A stretch of DNA of 64,000 bases from Mobula hypostoma. Lineage: Eukaryota. How positions within the stretch are numbered: the stretch's first letter is position 1; every line of letters starts with the position of its first letter. The notes below the pieces were generated by a model, which was not told the origin of the DNA, did no database searches, and saw nothing but the letters and a program-made list of their open reading frames with translations. Positions 23,705-37,178 of this stretch are shown piece after piece. Location of the stretch: contig NC_086097.1 in the NCBI RefSeq assembly GCF_963921235.1, positions 135,658,001 to 135,722,000 on the forward strand, written 5' to 3'. Position numbers and translations under genes: made by a program.

Positions 23705-26700
23705 GATTATAAGACATGGGAGCAGAATTAGACCATTTGGCCCATTGAGAATTCTCCTTCATTTCATCAGGGCTGATTTATTATCCCTCTCACCCCATTC
23801 TCCTTCCTTCCCCCCCACAACCTTTGACACCTTCACTAATCAAGAACCTATCAACCTCCACTTTAAATATACTCAATGACCTGGCCTCCACAGCTGTCCT
23901 TGCAATGAGTTCCCCAGTTTTACCACCCTCTGGCTAAAACAATTCATCTCTGTTCTGAAAGTTGTCCCTCTATTCTGAGACTGTGCTGTCTGGTCCGAGA
24001 CTCACCCACAATAGGGATCATCCTCCACACATCCCCTCTATTCAGACCTTTCAATATTCGTTAGGTTACCATGAGATCCCCTCAATCTTCTAAACTCCTG
24101 CAAGTACAGGCCCAGAGCACACTCTTTATATGTTAACCCTTTCATTCCCAGAATAATTCTCATGAACCTCCTCTGGACCAGCATATGTCCATATGTCAGC
24201 ATATTTTTTCCTAGATAAGCAGCCCAAAACTGCTCCCAATACTTCGTGTGGAGTGACTAATGTCTCATAAAGCCTCAGCATTACATCTTTGCTCTTATAT
24301 TCTCGCCCTCTCAAAATGAATGCTAACATTGCATTTTCCATCCTTCCCACTGACTCAACCTGCAAATTACCCTTTAGGGAATCCTGCACAAGGACATCCA
24401 CGTCCCTTTGCTCCTCTAATTTTTAAAATTTTCTCCCCATTTAGGAAAATATGCCCTTATTCCTTCTACCAACATGCATGACTATATACTTCCCTGCAAT
24501 ATATTCCATCTGCCACTACTTTGCCCAATCTCCCAATCCATCCAAGTCCTTATGCAGACTCCCTGTTTCCTCAACACTTCCTACCCCTCCACCTTTCTTT
24601 TTATCATCCGCAAACTTGGCCACAAAGCCAATAGTTTTCAATATAATGTGAAAAGAAGTGGTCCCAACACTGACCCCTGTGGAACACCACTAGTCACTGG
24701 CAGCCAACCAGAAAAGGCCCCCTTTATTTTCACTCTTCGCCTCCTGCCAGTTAACTAACCTTCTATCCCTGCTAGTATCTTTCCTGTAATACCATGGACT
24801 CTTACCTTGTTAAGCAGCCTCATGTGTGGCACTTTGTCAAATGCCTTCTGAAAATCCACATAGACAGCATTCACTGACTCTCCTTTGTTTATCTTGCCTG
24901 TTATTTCGTCAAAGAATTCCACTGATTTATCAGGCAAGATTTCCCTTTAAGGAAATTTTGCTGACTTTGTCCTATTTTATCATGTACCTCCAAGTACCCT
25001 GAAATCTCATCCTTAATAATGGACTACAGCATCTTCCCAACCACTGAAGTCAGGCTAAATGGCCTGTAATTTCCGGTCTTCTGCCTCCCTCCCTTCTTAA
25101 AGAGTGAAGTGACATTTGCAATTTTCTAGTCTTCTGGAAACATTACTGAATCTAGTGATTAATGAAAGATCATTACTAATGCCCCCACAATCTCTTCAGC
25201 TACCTCTTCAGAACCCTGGGGTACAGTCCATCAGGTACAGATGACTTATCTATCTTCAGACCGTTAAGCTTCCCAAGCATGTTCTCCTTAGCAATAGCAA
25301 CAACACTCACTTCTGCCCCCAACACTCTTGAGTTTCTGGCAAACTGCTAGTGTCTTCCATAGAGAAGACTGACTCAAAATACTTATTAAGTTCATCCAAC
25401 AATTATATGTCCCCCAGAAACACCAGCCATTGCTGTTCTGCCGTCATTAGTGATAGAGTCTCTCTCCGATCAACTTTGACCATCTGTAACTCCCTTTACT
25501 CCACTGTAATACTGATATAGTCATAGTCATAGTCATACTTTATTGATCCCGGGGGAAACTGGTTTTCATTACAGTTGCACCATAAATAATAAATAGTAAT
25601 AAAACCATAAATAGTTAAATAGTAATATGTAAATTATGCCAGGAAATAAGTCCAGGACCAGCCTATTGGCTCAGGGTGTCTGACCCTCCAAGGGAGGAGT
25701 TGTAAAGTTTGATGGCCACAGGCAGGAATGACTTCCTATGACGCTCTGTGCTGCATCTCGGTGGAATGAGTCTCTGGCTGAATGTACTCCTGTGCCCAAC
25801 CAGTACATTATGTCATGGAAGGGAGACATTGTCCAAGATGGCATGCAGCTTTGACAGCCTCCTCTTTTCAGACACCACCGTGAGAGAGTCCAGTTCCATC
25901 CCCACAACATCACTGGCCTTACGAATGAGTTTGTAGATTCTGTTGGTGTCTGCTACCCTCAGCCTGCTACCCCAGCACACAACAGCAAACATGATAGCAC
26001 TGGCCACCACAGACTCATAGAACATCCTCAGCATCGTCCGTCAGATATTAAAGGACATCAGTCACCTCAGGAAATAGAGATGGCTCTGACCCTTCTTGTA
26101 GACAGCCTCAGTGTTCTTTGACCAGTCCAGTTTATTGTCAATTCATATCCCCAGGTATTTATAATCATCCACCATGTCCACACTGACCCCCTGGATAGAA
26201 ATGGGGGTCACTGGTACCTTAGCTCTCCTCAGGTCTACCACCAGCTCCTTTGTCTTTTTCACATTAAGCTGCAGATAATTCTGCTCACACCATGTGACAA
26301 AGTTTCCTACCGTAGCCCTGTGCTCAGCCTCATCTCCCTTGCTGATGCATCCAACTATGGTAGAGTCATCAGAAAACTTCTGAAGATGACAAGACTTTGT
26401 GCAGTAGTTGAAGTCCGAGGTGTAAATGGTGAAGAGAAAGGGACACAAGACAGTCCCCTGTGGAGCCCCAGTGCTGTATATCTGACTTTATCTTCTTTCT
26501 CTCAAACTGCAGGGTGAATTCTATTACATTATGACCACTGTCTCCTAAGGGTTCCTTTCCCTTAAGCTCCCTAATCAAGTCTGCTTCATTGCACAGCACC
26601 CAATCAAGAATTGCCTTTCCTCTAGTGGGGTCAACCACAAACTGCTCTAAAAAGTTGTCTCATAAGTATTCTACAAATTTGCTCTTTTGGAATCCAGAAC

Positions 26701-27480
26701 CAATTTGGTTTCCCCAATCTACCTACATATTGAAAGCCCCCATTACTATTGTACTATTGCCCTTTTTACATGCCTTTTCTATCTCCCATTGTAATTTGTA
26801 TCCAGCATCTGGACTACTACTTGGAGGCCTGTATATAACTCCCATCAGGGTCCTTTTTCCCTTTCAGTTTCTTAACTCTACTCACTGGGATTCTACATCT
26901 TCTGATCTGCTGTCAGTTCTTTCTGAGGGTCTGATTCCTTAATTTAGCAACAATGCCACCCCTTCTCCTCTACTTACCCGCCTGTGCTTTCAATACAAGG
27001 TGTTTTCTTGGAATTTAAGCTCCCAACCATGATCTTCTTTCAGCTACAACTTAGTGATGCCCACAATGTTGTACCTGCCAATCTCTAACTATGCTACAAG
27101 ATCATCTACTTTATTCCGTACGCTGCGTGCATTCAAATACTACACCATCAGTCCTGTATTCATCACCCATGTTAGATTTTAGCTCATCCCACTGACTGCA
27201 ATTTTGCCCTATCACCTACCTGTCTCACTACACTCTGCATCGTACTTGTATACCAACAGCCTCATCCTCAGCCCTATCACTCTGGTTTCCATTCCCCTGC
27301 TAAATTAGTTTAAACCCTCCCCAGGTGCTCTAGCAAACCTGCCTGCAAGGATATTGGTCCCCCTGAGGTTCACATATAACCTGTCCTTTTTGTACAGGTC
27401 CTACCTTCCCCAGAAGAGATCCCAATGATCCAGAAATCTGAAAGCCTTCCCCCTGCACAATTCTTCACCCACACAATTTT
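23705..27480 (-). mobile_element. Long decayed CR1 LINE (ORF1 end to 3' tail), interrupted by Rex1
   Basis: Esterase C-terminus near 27310-27450 (RFLDHWDLFWGR, GTNILAGRFARA), endonuclease (PTRGKAILDWVL), RT ([11 protein letters not shown]), TCTTAT tail near 23710. Confidence 0.85.
25517..26475 (-). mobile_element. Rex1/Babar LINE, 5'-truncated, nested in CR1
   Basis: TGAPQGTVLCPFLFTIYTSD, KFSDD, LNVKKTKELVVD, FYESVVASAIMFAVVCWG; AATAAA followed by (TGACTA)n tail. Confidence 0.9.
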
Positions 27481-27499
27481 CATCAGCCTTACTTCACTT

Positions 27500-27800
27500 T
27501 CATCCCTGTTCCACTGTCCTCTCCTTTTCAGAGTCAAATTCCTTCGGCCCTTTGTTACTCCTACTCTTCACCTCCTAGATTCTTACAGCATTTCCACACT
27601 CATGTTCTCTCACCTGCCGATTACACCACTCACCCAGTTCCACCTACACCTGCCAGCATTTAATCAACCTCTTCTCCCAACATTTTTATACTGGCTATCT
27701 CCCTTCTTTGTCTTCAATCCTGATGAAACATCAACCATCCATTTCTCTCCAGAGCTGTTGAATTCCTGCAACATTCCTCCAGAATTTCAGCATTTGCAGT
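27500..27800 (+). mobile_element. Penelope 3' UTR relic with collapsed hammerhead motif
   Basis: Pyrimidine-rich UTR then CAATCCTGATGAAACATCAAC (stem II deleted) and TTTCAGCATTTGCAGTC. Confidence 0.55.
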
Positions 27801-28366
27801 CCCTTTTAACCACTTTCTATTGTCCCTTCTTGGGTAGATGAACACACAAGCTGACCAGTACCTGTCTCACAACATTGTTGAGGAAAGTTAACTAGTAATT
27901 GGACAAAAATCTTCCTGGGTTCTTGCTATACACCAATTGGCACAATTTTTTTGTGACACACCAGGGAAAATGCAGGTTATTTTTCTAAGGAAGTAGGAAG
28001 TGATGATGGTTCTGTGGGAGAGATTGTTTCAACACTATAGTATTGCAAAGTTAGAAACAATTCTGTACATTGCAGGGTAGGAATGACATTAGGTTGAATT
28101 ATTAGACTCTGTAAATATTTGATATCAGGAATGATGGAAAAATGTGAAGAATGACTTGAAAGACTATTTTTGTGGCTAGTGCAGGGTTTGCAGGGCAAGG
28201 GTTAAGATTTCCTAGTTTTTTTGGTGGGTTTCTAGTGAAAGTTAATGTCTAGTGATTGGCACACCTGATGGATTAAGAACTTGATTTGATGCACATTCAC
28301 TACCCTGAACAGAGTGGCCTCGTTGCTGTTGGTTTTTGGGGTTCAAAATAGTTCGCTTCATTTCTG

Positions 28367-28920
28367 GAGACACAAAAGACTTCCGATGCTGGAATCCAGA
28401 GTAACAAATAACCCACTGGTGGATTCAACGGTTAGAGCATCACTAGTGGGAGAGAAGGGAGAGAAAGGAATTGTTGACATTTTCTGGTGAAATCTTGCAT
28501 CAGGGCCAGTTTCTGGTAACTGTTAGGGCCTTGAATCATGTACAGATCTGCGTAGTCACTGTTTGCAGTTAGGGCTTTGATTCCGACAGTACAGAATGTT
28601 CTTAGTGCCTGCAGCTTCCTCCTGGGCACCATGCCAAGAGAGTGGAAGCCTTCTTGGAATAATATGATACTGGCATCTGGCCTCTGTTAATGGAGAGCAG
28701 AAGGTGGAGTGAAAAGAGGGTGGGAATGGGGGCTGGGGTATGGGATGGTGTTTGGGGAGATGTGGATGGACAAGATCTCATTTGGAGATACAAGAGACAG
28801 CAGATTCTGGAAACTGGAGCAACACATACCAATGATGCCGAAACTCAGCAGGCCAGGAAACATCTATGGAGAGAAATAGACAGTTGACATTTTGGATTGA
28901 GACTATTTATCTGAACTTCA
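28367..28920 (-). mobile_element. Two decayed Penelope-derived short elements (~28367-28507 and ~28785-28918)
   Basis: GATGCTGGAA / CTCAGCAGGCCAGG / GTTGACATTTT family motifs. Confidence 0.55.
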
Positions 28921-29764
28921 AATGGAGTCGGATACAATCAGAAGAGTAAGATGTGCTGAACTTTATGAAAGTTATGGGTCTGGAGAGCTCATGGGTAGTC
29001 AGTTGGCATCCAATGAGAGACATAGATGAGGACTTTTGGAAGTGATGGCTGATGATTGAGCTTTGCTTGGAAGAATGTAGTGTTTCAATCTTATACAAGA
29101 CCAACAGATCTATAGCTTAATTATGAAGCAAGGCAACAACATGACTTGACATAGAAGTTGGCAAACACATGTAGTGGAATTTTCGCTGGAATAAAATTTG
29201 AACCAGCAGATTTCTGTAGATGACCAGATCTCCTCCACACTGGGATAAGATCTCAGGAAGTTCACACTTTCAGGCAGAAGAAAGCCATCCCCACTTTGGT
29301 TTGTAATGGAAGCTTAAGTTTCAGTCTGGATAAATCATCGACCTTATCTCTCATGGAACATTTCACCGAGGCCTTTGAATCTTTTATTCTCTGTGCTGAA
29401 GTAATATTTGAATGCATGATGAGGTGGAAATTCCAGCTTAGTAAAGTCCTAATATTGGAAATACTCTACACTACAGCAGCATGGGTACAGAAACTAATGT
29501 TTCATGTCTTAGCACTTCCTTGGAACCGTGGACATTCTCCAAGTCTTCCACACATCTTCACATTCTAGCACATTTGTTTTACATTTTGAAATAATCTTCC
29601 TGTAGTCCTGGGGACAGGCTTAGCCTCAAAGATTTAGAGACACTGGAGGCTGCAGTTGCTGCAACAAACGGTCGGCTGGACCAGCTCAGTGTGCTGAGCA
29701 GTAACTGAAGGAGACAAGGAATTGTTTCATGTTTCAGGTTGAAACCCTGCATCTGTCATCAAAT

Positions 29765-30125
29765 ATTGAAAAGCTTTGACAGAGTGAGAGTGGAGTGGAT
29801 GTTTCCTGTAGTTGGGGAGGATAGGGCCGGGGGCAAGGACTCTGAATAGAAGGACAATCCTTTAGAACAGAGATAAGGAGGAATTTATTTAGCTAGAGGA
29901 TGGTGAATCTGTGGAATCCATTGCCACAGACAGCTATGGAGGCCAAGACATTGGGTATATTTAAAGTTGATGTTGATAGGTTCTTGATTAGTCAGGGCTT
30001 CAAAGGTTACAGGGAGAAGACAGGAGAATAGGGTTGAGAGGGATAATAAATCGGCCATGTTGGAATGGTGGAGCAGACTTGATGGGCTGAATGGCCTAAC
30101 CTGCTCCTATATTTTATGGTCTTAT
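29765..30125 (+). mobile_element. CR1 LINE 3' fragment
   Basis: Matches 2885-3228; ends TTTTATGGTCTTAT. Confidence 0.75.
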
Positions 30126-30644
30126 TGACCAAAATGTCGACCCTTTCTTTCTTCCGGCAGATGCTTCTTAACCCGCTGACTTCCCCCAGCCGATTGCTCT
30201 AAGTTCTTTATTGTGTTCATTTTGAAACTTGGAGAAAGAGTTAATGTGTTTAGTGCTGGAGGTAAGTCATTTATAAATTTGCAACCCATTATAAGTTTGA
30301 ACACTGTGCCCTCATTTGGCTCTCCTTGAATTAAAATGGGCCTGATTTTTTTCAGCATTTCTCTGCTTTCATTTGATTTGGAGCTTTGGTGTAACTGCTT
30401 CCAATTCTGATTTTCCTGCTCTTGTTTTATTCTCTATCGTCAGGTTCATGGACCACTTGGAATGTTTTGCTGCAACACCCAGACCTCAAGGTGAGGTGAG
30501 TGCTGGAACTAGGGATGTGAGCTATTGAATTTGTAAATGGCATAATCCAAATCAATTGCCCACTGCACCTCAGCTACTGTAGGCTCTAAATATTACACAG
30601 GCATAAAAAGATGCTTAGGGGAGGTTTGGTGCAAAATACTAATA

Positions 30645-31225
30645 ACAGTCGGGTCATTTGGTAAAATATTTAGGATTTTATGTTGCAGTTGTATAAGATG
30701 TTAGTGATGCCACATTTGCAATATAGGCTTCAGTTTTGGTCACTCTTCTATTAGGAAAGATGCAATTAGTCTGGAAAGAGTACAGAAAAGACTTGTGAAG
30801 ATGTTACCAGGAGTTATAGAGAGAGGCTCAGCAGGATAGTACATTATTCCTTAGACCGTAGGAGAATGAGGTGCATTAAATCACGAGAGGCATAAATAAG
30901 GTAAATGCACACAGTATTTTTTTCCAGTATTGTGGAATCAAGAACACAAGGGCATAAGTTTAAGGTGACAGGAGAGAGAATTAATTAGAACCAGAGGGAC
31001 AGCTTAATCACCCAGAGGGTGGTCCATATATGGAATGAGCTGCCAAAGGAAATGGTAGATTACAGGTATATTAACAACGTTTAAAAGGCACTTAGTCAGG
31101 TATAGGAATAAGAAAGGTTTAGAGGGATATGGGTCAGATGTGGGTAAAGTGATTAGTTTAGATGGCATCTCAGTTGCCTGTAGGGCAGAGGGGCCTGTTT
31201 CTGTGCTCTGTGACCCTATGACTCC
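30645..31225 (+). mobile_element. Old CR1 3' fragment
   Basis: LQLYKMLVMPHLQY, LERVQKRLVKMLPG and SRTQGHKFKV remnants. Confidence 0.7.
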
Positions 31226-31789
31226 ATAATATCCTTCACAAAAACAGAGCAAGTTTGTCAGACAGAATGGGACCATTTGGCCCATTTACCTTTCTCTGGA
31301 TGTAAACCTTTTTCCTTTTCTCCCCTCTCATATTTTCATCGATTACTTTAAGTCGTTGCCCCCTGCTTTGAACTCTTTGCCAAGGGAAAGGTCTTGCTTG
31401 GAGACAGGACAGAGGGTAGTGGGTCACGGAGTAAAGAGCAGGTCAGGCAGACAATACAAGGCAGGTAGATCTGAACACTACAGAATTACAGGATAAAAAC
31501 CTGTTTGGCAAAGTTTTCCTCCCAGTGGTTTTGGGAATTTACTCTTTGTGTGGAAGTGTCTGCTAACCTTTTGTACATTGTAGAAATGCAGTACTGTACT
31601 ATGTATGTGGTTCCCCTGAAATGAAAACATAACTTTGCCGTAGATATTTCAGTTGTGAGAAGTTCTCTAAGACCTTGCCAATGACCCAGAAACCTTCCAC
31701 ACATGTTTCATTGAACTGTAAGGAACTTCTTAAATTTAAAGTATGCAGAAGTTTCCAGGATTCTTGCCATCTTGGTTCTTCAAAAATTA

Positions 31790-34230
31790 ACAATTCTTTT
31801 GTTAATTTACAAGAAGACAGGCACAACCTCTGGAAAGCTGATGTGAGAGCGAAGAGGCAATTGCAGATGAAGCTAGACTTGCAAACACGCACTTGACAGC
31901 AGGGCTTGCACACCTCCTACAAGACGAAATCAAATCACGTCAGCTGCAATGATGCATCACTTGCTGATGTGTTTAATGCCTTTTATGCATGCTTCGAGAT
32001 GAAGAACACTCAGGTGAGTTCCCACTACACCTACCAACCCTTTGATTTCGGCGTCGGAGGGGAACATCAGAACAACCTTCAGGAGGGTGAAGCCTTACAT
32101 AGCATCAGGTTTTGATAGTGTATTTAGTGCTAAAATCCTGCACTAACCAACTGGCTGGAATGTTCACGGACATCCCAAACCTTTTGCCTCTACGTTCCGA
32201 GGTTCCCATTAGCTGCAAGTTGGCAGTGATTGCTCCGGTACCCAGAAAGAGCAGGGTGACCTGCCTCAATGAATACCATCCAATGAATGACACCCAGTGC
32301 AATGAAGCGCTCAAGATGTTGTTTCTGGCTCGAATCAACTCCTGTCTCAGAAAGGACATGGGCCAACTTTAATTTGCCAATTGCCACATTCAGTTTGTAG
32401 CAGATGTTACCTTGCTAGCTCTCCACTCTGCTCTGGGCCACCTGGAAAATGGAACGCAATTGTCAGGCTGTTTTTCATTGACCACAGCTCTGCATTCAAC
32501 ACCATCATCACTTCAAAACATATTGCCAGGCTCCAAAACCTGGACCTCTGCACCTCTTTCTGCAGTTGGATCTACAACTTCCTCACAAAGACCACAATCA
32601 GTGCAGGTGAGGTCATCTCCTTCTCAGAGTCCATTGTCACGTACCCTGTGACGGGTTAAAGAACCAGCAGAAATGGAAAGCATCTTGGAGTCTAGCATCG
32701 CTATAACTAATGGTATTTATTAGCAACTACGCAATACAGTAATATAAATACAGATAAATCAAACAGATCAGCAACGATTATATACAAGTAAGTATATCAG
32801 TAAGTGTGGAAATATAAGAAAACCAAGCTTCTTCAAGTCTAGGGGTAAATAGATAGTCTTACGATGATGAGTAAGGTTCAGTTCAGTTTGTGGTATTGAG
32901 TTGAGTAGTGATGGAGAGAGAGAGAGGGAGAGATTTGTGTCTTCAGGTGAGCTGTCACCGTCGATCTTCCCGTTGTCCTCTGAAATCCTTTAGAAGTCAC
33001 TGACCGTGACCACAACAAAGGGGACCGTTCTTCTGTGGTAGAGCTATCAACCCAGGCGAGAGTTGGACACACAAATAACTCCCCACCGGTCATGCCCTGT
33101 TCACACTGCAAGAGCCACTGATCGATCTGCCTGATCGATCCTCCAAAAAAACACTTTTTCTGCATCACAGCAAAGCTCATTCTGTGTCCAAAACCATGTG
33201 TCCCAGGTCTGTCATCTGACCTTTTATTTATCTCCCCGTACTGAGTACCAACTGTCTCTCAAATAACGACTCCTCCCTTCTCTTTCTGTAAGAACGTAAA
33301 AGCAGGCAATGTCCTTGTAGAAAGTATAAACAAACTGTGAGCAGTCTTCATCTCTCTCTCTCTTCAAAACATGAGGTCGGTGTTAAATAACTCTCTCTTT
33401 TTAACAAGGTGTTTGTGTTGGGCACCTCTCTCTCTCTCTTTTCAAAAGCACAGTTCATAGGGGTAATTGAGGACCCTGTCACACCATGAGCTTAGCCTTC
33501 TGCTCTACAACCGTGTGGCTAAGCACAACTCCAACATTACACTCAAATTTGCTGAACATCACACTCAACTACTGTTCTGTACTGTACTCAACACAGATGG
33601 TGACAAGGAGGTCAGTTGGTTGAGTGGTGTAGTAACAACAGCCGTGCCCTCAACACCAGCAAGATCAAGGCACTGATTGTGGACTTTAGAAGGGGGAAGT
33701 TAGAGAACATGCGCCAGTACTTAATCACGGGTCTGCAATGGAAAGGGTGAACAGCTTTAAGTTCCTGAGTGTCAGCATCTCAGGGAACCTGCTGTATCCT
33801 GGGTCCAGCACATGGATGCAACTTAAAAGAAAGCACAGCAGCATCTCTATTTTATTATAAGTTTAAGGAGATTTGGCATGTCATTGAAGACTCTAACAAT
33901 TCTCTACAGATGTGCAATAGAAAGCAGTCTGACTGGTTGCTTCACATCTTAGTATCAAAACTCCAAAGCACGGGGACACAAGAGGCAACTGAGAGTGGAG
34001 GAACCAGCCAGTTCCATCACAGGTGCAGCGCTCTCTACCATAAAGGACATCTACAAGAAGTGATATCTCAGGAAGGCAACATCCATGATGATGAACCCTG
34101 TCCCACCACCATCTAGACCATGCCCTCTTCTCTACACTGCCATCAGGTAAAAGGTACAGGAACCTGAAGACGCACACATCAATGTTTAACAACATCTACT
34201 TGTCCATTACCAACAAGTTCTTAAAGTGAT
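31790..34230 (+). mobile_element. Decayed Rex1/Babar LINE interrupted by a solo LTR
   Basis: SLADVFNAFYACFE, LKSCTNQLAGMFTDI, PVPRKSRVTCLNEYHP, LFFIDHSSAFNTI and a PSGKRYRNL C-terminus. Confidence 0.8.
32635..33483 (-). mobile_element. Solo LTR (849 bp), probably Gypsy
   Basis: TGT...ACA termini; exact CCAT TSD at 32631-32634 and 33484-33487; orientation tentative, from AATAAA on - strand near 32717. Confidence 0.85.
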
Positions 34231-35554
34231 TGAAAAACCCTAACACTACCAGGACTATATTTTCTTCTTCCTCTTTCTTCCTAAGTATTGCACTAGGAAA
34301 ATATGTTTATTTTGTTGCTTCTTTTGCATGCAAGTAAGTTATGCATGATTTATGTTAACTTAAGTTTATGTCAAAGCTCAAAGTAAATTTATTATCAAAG
34401 TACATATATGTCACCATATACAGATCTGAGATTCATTTTCATGCAGGAATTTACATGGAAATAAAGAAATGCAATAGAATTTCTGAAATAAAACTGCATA
34501 TAAACAAAGACTGACAAACAACAAATATGCAAAAGGTGACAAATTGTGAAAATGAGAAACAATAATACCGAGAACATGAGTTGTAGAGTCCTTGAAAGCG
34601 ACTATAGGTACTTAAACAGCTCAGAGTTGAGGGAAGTGAAGTTTACCATGCTGGTTCAGGGACCTGATGGTTGTAGGGTAATAACTGTTCCTGAACCTGG
34701 TAGAGTGGGACTTAAACCTCTTATACCTCCTATCTGCTGCAAAAAGCTCATTATTATGGCATTTATACCCTGTGCTTGTATGCCTATGTCAAAATAAACT
34801 TGAATTTGAAGTTGAAGGTGATTTCAGAAGATCATCTTTGAAAATGATTTGCAAGAAGTAATTTCTTTCATGGTGGCAGGTTAATCTAATTCCTTTAAAG
34901 TTTGATATTAATTGGTTTTTAAACAACTATAATTGTCCTGAGCTCAGCTGTCCCTTGCAGCCTACCATAAGTCTTTCTACTGATGCCTGTGTTACCGAAA
35001 TGTTCAAAGATACCCAACCTTTTCACTTTCAGCAGTTGTAACTCATTGTGTACACACTCTCTGTTCCCTGTACTGGGATAATATCTTTATTTTAGGGGTA
35101 TTTTTACTCTTTCCCTTTTCTCTTAAAAGTTTAATTTACATATTTAAAATATGTGCAAGATGCACACCATTCTCACGTTGAAACATTATTGTCCTTATTC
35201 AGGATGCACTCGGGCCTCTGTGGCTCTCACTAGTCCAAAAGGCATGAAGAGAGCCAATGCACAATGTGCACTGTTTCTCCAGGGACACCCTGACATGGGT
35301 GCATCCTTGGTAGGGGGATAGGCAGTCGACATGTGCTGACCACTCCAAGATTTGGTTTTTGCCCTTTTTGGTTCTCCATCTGGAAGCTACGTCCCAGTCT
35401 TGAGGGCCATTAAGCAAACTTGTTTCAGATGTCTGTTAATAACTCTTTGCGGGTACCAGCTGGATCATATTCAGGGAGAAAATTGTTAACACGGACATGA
35501 ACCAGCTGGCAATAGACTGACCTCCATATCAGGCCCATGCCCACATTTAGATTG

Positions 35555-35700
35555 GTAGTCCCAGTGCAACACTGAGTGAGTGCCACACGGCCAGAGGTGC
35601 TGTTAAACTGGGACCCTTTCTGCCCTCACAGCTGGGTGCAGTAGATCCTGGGGCAGAATTTGAAATAGCAGGAGAATTAACCCAACTATTCTGGCTAATA
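35555..35700 (+). mobile_element. DeuSINE (SacSINE1-like) Deu-domain fragment
   Basis: CCAGTGCAACACTGAGTGAGTGCCACACGGCCAGAGGTGC, TGTTAAACTGGGACCC, TCTGCCCTCACAG, AGATCC, CTGGCTAATA follow the Deu-domain consensus as recalled. Confidence 0.65.
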
Positions 35701-36414
35701 TAGACAAAAAATTCAGCAATATTGTAGGACTAAGCTGCACACAGACCCATGACAATATTAATACACTGTCAAGACTTCAAAAGATCATCGTCGACTGGCA
35801 AGAGGTTGGTTCATAAAAGGTGCTAAAGAAACATCTTGATCCTCCTCTACTAGGACAAGGGGTCAGCAAGCGAATATATGGAAGATTCCAGGACTGAATA
35901 GTCAAGTTCCAATGCAACACCCAGGATTTTTGCCACAAAGTTGAAACTTGTCATCAAATCTTCCTCAAGCATTCACATGAAGAATATGGTGAGGGTAAAG
36001 TTCCTCCTCCAGGCAACTTCAGTAAGCTTAGAGGTTAATTTTTACGTCCAACATTGCTTTTTTTTTTCCTGCTGTGGTTATTGGCAAAAAGACTTCCATG
36101 CTTGGACCACAGCTGGAAGCTGTTAGCATAGCTGACCACAGAATACAAGGGCACCAAGTACAATGTTAACCTTGTTCAGCCAGAATGAAACGATGACTAA
36201 CATTGATGCAGATGATCTACCAATGTCCTGGGGAGGGCTGCTATTTTTAATGGGGTGTCTGAGGCTGAGGGAGCACCAGCAGGTTTGTTACTGGGAGGAA
36301 CAGGCAAGCGGGCCTCCTCCCCGCACAGCCTCTTTCCCACTTTCTTCATTTCTGCTGCCTCCATCGGTGCGACAAGACCCCGTATTGAACTCATGCAAGT
36401 CCAGTTTTAATCCA

Positions 36415-36622
36415 ACACATGAAACACCAGAGGAACACAATGGGACAAGCAGTATTTATGGAGGGAAATGGACAATCAGTGTTTTAGGACAAGCCCTTTA
36501 TCAGTTCAGACTCAAAACAGCAACAGTACATCTCCCTCCACAGATGCTGCCTGAACCTCTGGGTTTCTCCTCTGGTTTGTCTGTTGCTCCAGATTCCAGT
36601 ATCTGTAGTCTCTGGTGTCTCT
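36415..36622. mobile_element. Two Penelope-derived short elements in inverted orientation
   Basis: Left part resembles the reverse complement of CCTCCACAGATGCTGCCTGA...CCAGATTCCAGTATCTGTAG on the right. Confidence 0.5.
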
Positions 36623-36719
36623 AGTTTTAACCTAGCCTGCCACTGGCTCTAATGCTGGGTCATAAACCTCAAATGTTAGCTCTACTTCTCTCTCCACTCA
36701 TCACAGATAAAGCCCTTCT

Positions 36720-37178
36720 AAACACTGAGCACATCTACATGGAACGCCATCATAGGAAAGCAGCATCCATCATCTGGGATCCCCACCGCCCAGGTCATGC
36801 TCTCTTCTCGCTGCTGCCATCAGGTAGAAGGTACAAGAGCCTCTGGGTTCAAACCTGTTCAAGAACTTTTACTACGCCTCAACCATCAGACTTTTGAATA
36901 AAAGGGGATAACTACACTCACTTGCCTAATTATTGAGATGTTCCCACAACCAATGATCTCACTTTATGGATTCTTTATCTCATTATCTCATGTTCTTGTT
37001 ATTTATTGCTATTTATTTATGTTTGCATTTGTTGTCTGGTAGATTATTTGTTCATCCTGTTGAAGTTACTATTCTATAGATTTGCTGAGTATGCCCACAG
37101 GAAGATTAATCTCAAGGCTGTATATGGTGACATATATGTACTTTGATACTAAAATTTAATTTGACTTTGACTTTGACT
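36720..37178 (+). mobile_element. Rex1/Babar-type LINE 3' end
   Basis: RKAASIIWDPHRPGHALFSLLPSGRRYKSL, then 3' UTR ending (TTTGAC)n. Confidence 0.8.

Noticed and set aside
36241..36250. MEF2 consensus CTATTTTTAA as a muscle enhancer
   Set aside because: A single 10-mer is expected by chance in 64 kb of AT-rich DNA.
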